DNA of 64,000 nt, from the NCBI GenBank assembly GCA_048128005.1, contig JBEUKZ010000112.1:372001-436000 (forward strand), written 5' to 3'. Below the pieces are notes generated by a model. The model saw only the letters and a program-made list of their open reading frames with translations, was not told the origin of the DNA and did no database searches. Position 1 is the stretch's first letter. Each line of letters starts with the position of its first letter. Position numbers and translations under genes: made by a program. Source of the stretch: Veleropilina oligotropha. Taxonomy: Eukaryota. Positions 1 through 11,236 of the stretch are shown here, piece by piece.

Positions 1-3000
1 TTTGCCTAATATTATTCATCAGTTAGATAAGACAATTTGGATTTATCAATCATGGTTATCATCACTTGAGGGAAAACTTCAACAGCTCATCTATAAAATA
101 TGTCATGCTCCATATCCACTTGAAAATCAGGGCATGAGCTCTCATTATCAGGTTGTTCCATGATAATATGGACAGTCTTGCCTTGAAGCTGATGGTTGTA
201 AATATACAGGTCATTAAGCATCAATCCATCCATCCTCTCATTATCATGGCTACCTACTTTGACAATAACCACTCAATTAAAATGAAGTAAAACTTACCAA
301 ACAATTTGACACTGGTGCTGTAGCTTACAATTAACAGTCTGTCAGTGCTAGCTTCTATATGACTACAGGCAGCAAATGTGACACATCTCATGGGGTAGAA
401 TGATACAGGAGGATATCAGTTCCATGGGCCCTGATGTTAATCTGGTGTCATGATGCGCACCTCATCTTATCAAAGCAGAATCCAGCACAGCAGATTCAGA
501 AGCAACCAGATGACAGGGAGATAAAGCACAGGAATCCACCGTAAACAGTCAGATATGGACAAGATCTATAATACTGTTCAGTTGTTTACTTTTAAAAGTC
601 TTAATATCTACTCTTATATTGCTTCTTTTGTAACTTGAATCTAAGCAAGAATTTGTGTAATTTGTTACAGGATAAGATTACTCATATCTCTGACATGGAA
701 TATGTACCAGCTAGATGTATAAATCCAATTAACATTGCAAGATATTTCGCAGATATAATTTTCTATTCCAAATCAGTTTGTGCACTGTTTAATAAATTAT
801 GTTCAGTTATCCAATAACCTATCTGCTGATCATGAGCATCAGATATTAGTCACAAATTACCTCTATAAAATTAATATATTTAGCAATAAATGTTTAGCAT
901 AAATGACATAGATCATTCTATTTACTGTTTTAAGCATATAATATACGTATCACCTTTCTCTTAATTATTCTACAATCATTCTTAGTCGACCTAACACCAA
1001 TAGCTGTGGTGGCATTCATGATTATACGTTCAAGGTCAACCGATACAAAAGCAGTGTGTCAAAAATCAATGATTTCTCGGAATTGCTGTAACCTGGCATA
1101 ATTTATTCTACGCAGCCAGCGACAATTGCATCTAGTAAAATGAACAAATTCACTTCAAATATACCACCATATAATTAGAATAATTAGAAAATAATGTTTG
1201 AATAATCCAAGGATGTACCAGAAGTAACAACTTGTAGCTGCAGTTGACACACATATGATGCGATGTTTTGGTCTCGCCCACTCATCCAACGAGCTAGGAA
1301 TGACATCATCGTGACAAATATACGCTCGACCTGATGCATACGACAACATGAGTAATCCTGTTGGCATCCCCAACTCTCTTAATTATTAAACGAACTGCCG
1401 TTTGATTGAGGGGTAATGTTTTATGATGAACGAAGGACCATGATTTACGATTGATGTCTCCATACAATGAAGTCAAGCAGATGGCAATCACGATAGGCTG
1501 CAAGCCATCAGCTCTCTACAATAGAGGTGAAACTAGGTCATGAATATACTGCCGGCAGGCGAAAGGACCCAGGCATTGTTCTCGCATCACACATACATAT
1601 TATATAGGCCTATGCATATACACAAGCAATCTACATTAACCATCAGGACTCAGTTACATATGTTAGTTCACGCTATCGCGTCCAGTATCGGATATCGAGA
1701 TGATATTAATACCACGTTAATTATTACATCACAACAAATGGTAAGAAGTGATTAAAAAGTACCAGGTTCACCAGAGTCCACACCCCGTTAAAGGCGATCG
1801 AGTCAAGACTGACTTATGGCATATGGAGAGGTTATATAAGACATCCGTGCAGGTCAAAACGAACACAGTTGAATTGAGAATAAAACATCAATTTGACGAA
1901 ACGTTACTTAATTTACCTTTAATTAATTGAAGCTGCATTTAATTATATATGTCCACCACTAGCAAATAAGACAAGCACTGTATAGTCCCATTAGACACTT
2001 ATTTGAAAATAAAAATCTATATGTATGAAATATGTTAAAATGTAAAGAAAAGCTAATTAAACATAATATTAAGTGTACTAAAATATTTGGAGACAACTTA
2101 GGTCTCACATTTGACCTACATTTCATTTGTTTACGTTGTATGATTTAACAAATATCATGTCCTGGCAACACTGGCATTTAATGGCTGACCATATATAATA
2201 ACTAGACGATTGTGGTGTACCTGTCTGACAGCTCCCTGAAGTGAGATTTACGACTTAAGTCTGGAGTTATCAATAAGTGTTGACTAATACAAACACTTCA
2301 AAGGAATGGAAACAACTGTGACTTTAGTACATATTAAAAATGAACGAAATGAAACATAAAATATATTTGATTTATAAACGTTGAATATAAATAACATTCT
2401 TCAGTGGTAAAAATAACTACTAAATGGTTAAAAATTAGCATATCATCATTAGTGATAACGCCACATTACCTCCACTGCATGTCCTGTTGTGACGAAAATA
2501 TCTTGTGTCCAAACATATCCCTAGAGGACATTATGATTGCCTTCATGCAAGGCGGACAGTCATCCTTTGATGGTTCTCAGTTACACAACAGCTAACGGCC
2601 GCCATATGTGTATCTCTCACCTAATATCACGCTGTCATAATATCATATTATATCCAGCACAGCTCTCCTGGTCCCAGTAGTCCATAGAAATGAATTCCAA
2701 ATGTATATAATTTCTAGCAGTGATGAACAAAGGGTAAGATATAGACAGGTGCGACCTATGGCACGGGCGTACGGTATACTAGTATCTACATAAGACCAAC
2801 ACAGCCGAGTGAACCAGATATTCTCTGTGTACAGCCTGACACAGTTAGATCCATGCAGTTGGTAATCCAGAGGAAAATAGCTGGACAGGTATTTGACCCG
2901 CAAGATCACTAGGTAACTGTTCGATTTTCACATACTAACACTGATGGTGCCTTAGTAAAGTAAACTGGTCAAACCTATTCACAATACAGTGTGCTGAAAA

Positions 3001-6000
3001 GGTGACATGAGCAGCTGGCCAATCAGAAGCTGTAAACGAGGTCATGGAAAAGGTCACCCCTATGCATGCTGGGAGGCCATATGTACACAATGTCACATGA
3101 CAAAGATTAAGCACTGTTTTCTTTATATGATATAAAACAAATAAACCTGTTTCTCTGGTAATCAGACTGCATACAAAGGGATTAATGTGTTCAATTTGCA
3201 GCTTAACTGGAATGCATAACAGGCCACTTGTGAAAAATTGTTTCAAGTTTCTAGTCCTGTAGTAACATTTTATACATATTTCGATACATATATTATTACT
3301 TTGTCAGTTCTACATAAAATGCTATTTAAAACTTTCATACTCTTAAATAATTATTTTGTCCTTCTAACATATTTAAAAACTTTCATATATCCTAGTATTC
3401 TTAAATATATTTTGTCCTTGTAACAAAATCTTGTAAATTTATACTCTAATTTCCAAAATTTAAATTTGACTATTTTTAAATACAATATTTACTTAATATA
3501 TTGTCACCAGTGCATCCAACCTGAAACATTTCTAAATTGCATGTTAGCGTATATTTTCATGTTTTTGACAAAATTGCTCTCGAGAAATTTGTCAAATTTG
3601 GCTATAAAAATACATATTTTTTCGGGTTACTACGAAATAATTCAACAGTACACTATTTATAAATGTACTCATATTGTAGATAATTTCTCAACAGTATATA
3701 TTGTCCAATCAATTATTTCAAGAACCTAAGTTTGCATTTATAGATGCTTCTCCTATTGTAGTTGCTGCACTAGACAAAGCATCATAAGCCGACGGCCTAT
3801 TTCAATTAAAACAGACATCTGTCAGAAGACAAGCATTCCACAATATGTTAGTTTTTAAACCAGGATTTGAGAGTTACATCGATAGTTTTAATTTTAATTT
3901 ATGATCGAGGCAGAGTTTTTTCAAGGTGGTGTATGTTTACATGCAATAACAGCAACATGACGATCATTAAGTTTTTCGGTGCTAAAATAGTACGTACTTA
4001 ATTATTTTGCAAGCCTCATCATGATCGGAAAGTTCTCGACCACCATGACATCATAAACTCAAGTCTTTACCCATAATACATCACCTTGCATACACTAGTA
4101 ATGAGTATATTAGTTTGATATGATATATTATAAATTAGTTACATTTTTGCAATGATTTAAGTCGGTTATATCACATGGTTTTTGTTGTCTAATCGGAGAT
4201 GCCTCGTGGTTGAACTGCAGGCTTCTCAGATTAGACAACCAAACCTGTGGTGGTATAGACAATACGTAGTCGAATCAGCTCTGTTCATCCAGAGAGCGGA
4301 GGCAACTGTTGTTAACATGAATATTTTAATATATATATATATATATATTTTAGATGTCCATTCTGGATGTCATGGTTGATTAATGCGTACATGTAAGCAT
4401 GCTATGACCTATACGATGACCATTTGACTCCGAGATTTGACAGCTTGATGTCACTGACAATCCCGCTCTGCGTCACAGGTTATGGGACAAAAAGATAATC
4501 GTGAGTAACTCCATCAATAATAATGCTCATATTGCGCAGAGCGCACTTCAGAAAGGAAACAAATATCCCGTGGGATTTCCTGTAATGTGTTCGACGTTTA
4601 AATTTTACTGACCAGTACGCTCAACTTTCGACACAGTATAGATATTAAAGGAAAAATCTCAGCAAATCTTTCACGGAAATATGACGTCGTCAGAAGAACA
4701 AAGGAAGTGCAGTATAAATATATGTATATTTCAACATAAATGCAGTCTTACAATAATGTCTGATTATAACTTTGTCACTGGTGATAATGTTAGTATGGTT
4801 TAAACATTATTTATTAACAAAATGTCACTGTACACATATTGGTTTAGAAGATTGGTATCGTAGGTAACGATATCTACTGGATTATATTGATGCACTTCAG
4901 TGGATATTAATAATATTTAAACATAATGACAGGAATTCAAATTAAAGTCAGTGACACCCTATCATGGAAATTTAAACCGCTACAAGACTAATTATACCAC
5001 ATTCAGTCCCTATTACTTTATACAATAATGTGTTATTTGATATACTACCAAAGTAAATTTGTAATTAACAAATTGTTACCTTCATACAATAATCAGTAGG
5101 AAATTGGCAATGGACGGACCCATATGAGATATTTGAAACGATTTAAAAGATTTTTTAAAATTAAAATAGAAATATGTGTACTCAGAGTCTCGGATCTGGT
5201 ATCATGCAAAACTATGTTTCCCATTTACTTACAATCCAGGATTGAACTCCTTATATCTCAGAACTTCCATGGCTAACGTATGAGCCAAACACAATTGTGT
5301 TTAAATGAACTCGAAATCTATCTGTGTTGCCAGTCGGTCGAACCTATTTCATTTATGAACACTGGATGAATGACTGATAATACAGTCACACCAAATTCCT
5401 AACAACGACTAAAGTGGGCAGGTAGTCTATACCAGCTTACTCATACCACAATACCTATTACCTACATCGGGACAATGGCCTGTTGCTAGTCACTGGTAAA
5501 TGGAATGGTATTAGGTGAGCTCCATTACAGGCCAATACATACGGAATCAGATTAATTACAAACTCTGGCAAAGTCTAAATCCCCAATGGCTAGATCAAAG
5601 GGTTGAGGACAATACAACAGCAGCCAATGAGGCTAGCAGGTACACAAGGCTAACAGGTACGCAAATCTAATTACTTATGTTTGTAATTAGCCACTCTCAA
5701 TAGTAAACAATGTCAAGACATTGAAAGAAGCCAATTAACAACTGTGCAAAATCTGTTCTACTTCATGACCTGGTGTAAAACAAACCTGATAGACAGAAGA
5801 GGATTCTGAAATAATCACCAGTTTTGGAAAATGGTGTGATTGCAGTTAAAAGTATACCAGGATGGTAGATATCAAACCTAGAATTCATTAAGAAGCACTT
5901 TGGACCAGGAACAAGTAACAGGACTTCAAATACATACTTACTAGTATTACATCTATTTAAATAATATGTGTAAACAAGAAATAATTAACAGAATTATTGA

Positions 6001-6290
6001 ACACATTATAGACGACACTATCACTACCAGTATGTAATCATACCATCTGATTATAATGTAGAACCTATCATTGACTGTTATAACATTGGTCGATATACCA
6101 GACTTGAAATATCCACGTTCAATATCAATGTAAGAAAACCCTATAATTAAATGATGAACTAATTGGAATTATTTTTCATAGAGTCATTCAAACATACAGA
6201 AAGAAAATAATGGCTGAAAAAGATGCATCCATCACTAAACTGCAAACATTTCACAGCACAAAAATACCACAAATACAAGCAGATTCTTAC

Positions 6291-6331
6291 CTCTTATCGT
6301 CAATTTGACTACTTTGTGGATCTGGTTTATT
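6291..6331 (-). CDS. Probable 41-nt internal exon of the host gene (NKPDPQSSQIDDK)
   Basis: Minus strand reads cttactttgcag|AATAAACCAGAT...GATAAGAG|gtaagaat. Acceptor and donor are strong, and the exon is open in phase 0, matching the phase-0 end of the 28898-32519 exon. Confidence 0.5.
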
Positions 6332-6415
6332 CTGCAAAGTAAGGAAAAGACATGAAGAAAATGTATAATAAACTTATATAATTTAACATAAACACATCTT
6401 CAAATTAAAATAGAC

Positions 6416-7462
6416 AGCCGCCCGGCTATCAGGAACCCCAGCCTTATATAGCAATCAGACTGCCATATAAAATCTGTGATCTTGACCTTAATGCCAGTAG
6501 CCCTTGGCTAAACACTGTGCCAACTGTCCATCATCAAGAAATTTTGATGAAAACATAATTTAAAAGAAAAAATTGCGAGTATATTTAGACCTGTGACCAT
6601 TACATTTGATCAAAGGTCATTTTTCTCTCTGTTACATGATGTACTAACCCTACAGAAAGAGCTTGGCAAAAATTTAGAAAAAATGTTTACGAATTATAAA
6701 AATATATAAATATGGAAATTTGTGAAGGTCACAGGCTAAATGACAAACATTTTATATTAGCACCATGCACAGCTTTGGGTTATAGGCAACATATAAACAA
6801 ATAAAAAGGCTACCATACTGAGTCTCCGAGAACCAGCCCGGACAAAATTTCAGGGTCATAGGTTATTGTGGAAAGGTCAAAAATCATTCCCGTGAAATTT
6901 ATCCACCATGATCTAGGGTATGATAAGGGTAGTCCATATGTCATAATATGTCTACATAGCTATCATAGTAGCCAGGCTATAGGTCTCACAAAGTATGCAA
7001 ATTGCGAGTATATTTTGACCTCTGTGACCTTGACCTTTGACCAAAGGCCATTTTTCATATTTGTTATATGATGTACTAACCCTAAAGAAATAGTTTGAAC
7101 CCCAAAAAAAAAAAAATTACGAAAAATAAAAAAATCTAAATATAGAAAATTTGTGAAGGATCAAAATTTTACTGCCATGCACAGCTTTGTATTATAGGCA
7201 AGACACCTAAAAAAAATTAGAAGGTTAACATGTTTGGTCTCCGAGAACCGGCCCGGACAAAATTTAAGGGTCAAAGGTCATTGCTGCAAGGTCAAAGGTC
7301 ATTCACATGAAATTTCGCCACCATGCACTAGCGTATGATAAGGGTAGTTAGCATACCATATGAAATCAATGTAACATGTTTGGTAGCCGAGATATAGGCC
7401 GGACAACATGAACCGCCGCCCGGGCGATGACAATAACCCCAACCTTTTTTAGGCTGGGGTTC
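6416..7462 (-). mobile_element. Non-autonomous Helentron/HINE-like interspersed repeat
   Basis: accccagcct near 6436 matches the terminal hairpin aacccc-aacc...aggctggggtt at ~7435-7461. There is an internal ~420-bp tandem duplication with tgaccttgacctttgacc motifs. Confidence 0.45.
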
Positions 7463-7886
7463 AATAATAACAGCAAAATAAATCCACAAATTAAAATTTA
7501 ATCTACATGTACATGTACATTTAATTACTGTTATATCTTGTTGAGTCATGTCTTACCGAATTGATTCCAAAGGTTACCCAATGTCATTCTTCAATTAATG
7601 TTTTGGCGAAAATACGACTAACTAGAACGTCGAAGCCGTGATATGGCTCGCATGACATATTGCCCAATTCTATAGTAGCCATACATTAATTAAAACGTCT
7701 GGAGTTCTTAGAAGCAATCATAGTAATATATAATATTCTAGGACCTTGGATTAACCATGAAGAAAGCAATATATTTTGAATTGTAATAATTATTTGTGTG
7801 ATTTCACCGACACAATTCAAACATTAAAGTAGAAGAATGACGCTTTTGGAATCGAGTAATTACAAAAATTCATTATTACGGAGTAG

Positions 7887-8145
7887 GAGGAGGAATTATG
7901 CTTAATGTCCTGTATGTTTATAACATAGAGGTTCAAGGCAGGACATGTCCGTGTTATCGTGGGAGGAAACCCCGGTCACCGGGTAAACCCGCCCTCTTCG
8001 GCCAGTCACGGACAACTGTGCTTCATAACTTGAACAAATGTGTGCTGCCTCAGCCGGGGGTCGATCCCACTACTGTTCGCGTCAGCGGAAACAAGCCAGT
8101 GAATATTAGAGTGGACACTCTACCCACTGCGCTACCGAAGCGGCC
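7887..8145 (-). mobile_element. tRNA-derived SINE with V/Meta-like core domain and 15-bp TSD
   Basis: Minus strand starts GGCCGCTTCGGTAGCGCAGTGGGTAGAG (A box), then GGATCGACCCC (B-box-like), core GGGTTTACCCGGGTGACCGGGTTTCCTCCCAC and a (CCT)n tail. It is flanked by attattacggagtag at 7872-7886 and 8149-8163. Confidence 0.8.
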
Positions 8146-8869
8146 ATTATTATTACGGAGTAGCATTAGTCACTATTATAACAGAGTCATATTACTATAA
8201 ATCAATGCATAACAAAAATTTCTATGCCCACAAACACTAATTTCACATGTTATTTATATTATAAATCACTTGCAGATGAGACAGCAGCATCAATATAGTC
8301 AACACTAAAGTATATGGATGTAAAACAGTGCCTAGAACAACCCATATGCCCATTGAAAAATTTCAACAAACTTTAACCAAAATTTCTATGTCCACAAACA
8401 CCTATTTTTATGCAATAATTATATTAAATTTAATACAGCATCACTTCCATAGTATCAGTTGACATTCATATTATCAATACCAAAGCATATATACACCAAA
8501 ATGTTGTTTCAACAACCCATATACACTCAATGAAAACTTTAACCAGAAACTTTAACCAAAATTTCTATGTTCAAAAATACCTACATTTACGCAATAATTA
8601 TATTAAATTTTATTCAATCTCACTTCCAGAGTACCAGGTGTTATCCATATAATGCCTACAAAAGCATATATATGCCAAAAAGTATCATGGGCAAGCCAAA
8701 ACTTTAACCAAAATTGTTTCCGGACGTACGGACGGACGGCCATGGCAACAACAATATCCCCAGCTACCCTTCGGGCGGGGACAAAAATCAATTTTACTTT
8801 AATTGTATGTTACATCTTTTAATTATATACATCAAACCATGTTGTTCAATCAAACTCCATAATAGAAAC

Positions 8870-9997
8870 TTCAAAGCATAGATCAGATTATAACATTGAG
8901 AAAAATTTCAACATTTAACTTTATCAAATTTCCTAAGTTAAATCTCATAATTATTAAATACAATTTCATTTTTTTGTGTCAAATAAGAATTAATTTACCT
9001 TCAATGATTCTGCTCTGGTGCCATGGAACATTGAAATAAACATATCTAATATTCAAAGATGCTTGAAAGTTCCAATGGCAGTTATAGCAAAATTGATAAA
9101 CTTTAACCAAAAACTTTAACAAATATTTATAAGTCCAAAAGTAGCATTTTTAAGTAAAATTTGATATAAATCATATTCAATTTTAGTTTTATAATGTCGT
9201 GCAATATTGGAAAATACTTATCTAAAATAAAAAGGTGGAAAAGAGTGCACATGGTTGCCTATAGATCATGATTGAAAAACTTTAACATTTACTGCAGGCG
9301 GCGGACAGACAACCAGACGGACATCATCATTAAATAGGCTAGCATATGTGTTGCATGCGATGCAATAAAACTTCAAAAATGGAAAGTATGCAAGAGATTG
9401 TAACCTTGTGAAAAAAACTTCAACATTTACCTTTATAAAATTTCCCAAGTTAAAACCTCATATAAATTATTTTTTGTGATAAAATAGATTTAACTTACCT
9501 TAAATAATACTGCTCTGGTGTTATGGGATATTGAAATATACATATCTAATGTTCAACGATGCTAAAAAGTTTCAATGTCAGACATTATAGCATCAATGAA
9601 AAACTTGAACAAAAATTTTAACAAAATAATTTTGATGTCCAGATGTAGCACTTTGAAGTAAAATTTGATTTAAATTACATTCCATATTACTGTCATAGCG
9701 TCGTACAACATTGCAGTAGACATATGTCAATACAACTATGCTAAAGAGTGCACGTTTGCCTATATAGCATTATTGAAAAACTTTAACATTCAAAATTTCT
9801 AAGTTCAAAAGCAGCATTTTGAATTAAAATTGTATTTAAATTACATTCAATATTACTAGTGTAGTGTTATGCAACATGGAAATAGACATATCTACAATAA
9901 AATTATGATAAAGAGAGCACAGGGTTGCTTATATAGCATCATTGAAAAACTTTAACATTCACTGCGGACGGACGGACAGACGACCGGGCAGACGTAC
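8870..9997 (+). repeat. Tandem HINE/pearl-like repeat units ending in a (GACG/GACA)n microsatellite; the array is interrupted by the DIRS element
   Basis: Units starting near 8870 and 9390 are homologous to each other and to 17405-18065, which ends ggacggacgtacatcatcattacataggctcgcat...atgcgagcc. Confidence 0.6.
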
Positions 9998-10030
9998 ATG
10001 AGGTTTTAATGTAAACCTAATATTAGTATA

Positions 10031-10247
10031 AAACATACTTACGTCCTTACTCTTGCCATAATAGTAATATTATTGCCAAACCGGAAACAGTGAATAAGTC
10101 ACATTATGCACTATTAATAAGTCAAAGACGCAAAAACGTACCACGGTTACCTCCCCTGCTCCTCCTCCCCCACGTTCCCCCGCGAGACCTCGCCAAGTCT
10201 CGCGAGACTTCTGAACCATAGAAGTCACATGACATCAATTCAAAGTT
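10031..10247. repeat. DIRS inverted terminal repeat (3' end of element)
   Basis: Reverse complement of 17152-17368; no mismatch seen by eye. Confidence 0.92.
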
Positions 10248-10308
10248 CAAAAACCACAAAGGAACGTAGTAGAGGGGAGGAATGCGAAACGCAGGGTGGG
10301 TAATCGTG

Positions 10309-10399
10309 GTAAGGACGTAAGTATGTTTTATACTAATATTAGGTTTACATTAAAACCTCATATATAGTTACAAACATACTTACGTCCTTACTCTTGCCA
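10309..10399. other. DIRS internal complementary region (ICR)
   Basis: The first half is the reverse complement of 9998-10050 and the second half is the reverse complement of 17341-17380. The halves are joined through a shared AT. Confidence 0.9.
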
Positions 10400-11236
10400 G
10401 AATAACCTTGGATAGGTGGGTAAGACGTTCCTTACAACAAACCCAAACAAGATAATGACTTACTTGTCACCAATTCAATCAGCATGAAGCGTCGATTGTG
10501 TCCGCCTAGAGTGGAATTTTTACTGAGTATTATATTCTACTCTTACCAAGCGAGAATTTCGACCAGTGTTACCGGGAGAATACGCCGTGGTATTAGTCGG
10601 ACGAGGTGAACGGAAGTGCAATCAGCCCCAGGCACGGCCGGAAGGATAAATCCCTGTAGGTCTTACGTGTCATGGACCAGTGGCAGCCAAATGGGACTCC
10701 GGGCCTATAGGCCGGTAGCCAGAGGATGCAGTCGGATTTGTAAGCACACGGAACCTAACAGGTTGTGAAAGCTTTAAATCAAAAGCAAAGAATTAATAGA
10801 TTATTATAAATAATCGATATTAATAAGTAATTCGCATGACCAACTTGCGAACGCTAACATGGACGACATGTCACTTAAAATAAATTTTAAGGAAGCAAAA
10901 AATGTTCGACATGTTACTTAAAAATAAATGTTAAGGAATCAACATTTTTTAAAATGTATTGAACATCGTATGTTCGATTACAGCAAAGAACATAATAATA
11001 TTGAACCTTAATCTTTTTAAGATTTGTGCAAAATTATAAAAGTTGTTTTATTAAATTCAATGTAATCTGGCTGTCAGCTGCTCAGGTCTGACATGAAAAG
11101 TACAAAATCTTAAATTAGATTTAAGAAATGAACAGACATTGAACTGCCTCGTAGGTGTTAATTTTCGTAGCACCGTTGGCCAACAAAAATAAAATGGCGT
11201 CAGTAAATATGCAAATGATCAATCAGAGAACAACAC

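Noticed and set aside
7558..7590. Possible alternative first exon (MTLGNLWNQF|gtaag) on the minus strand
   Set aside because: Splicing it to the 6291-6331 exon gives an immediate stop; no other support.
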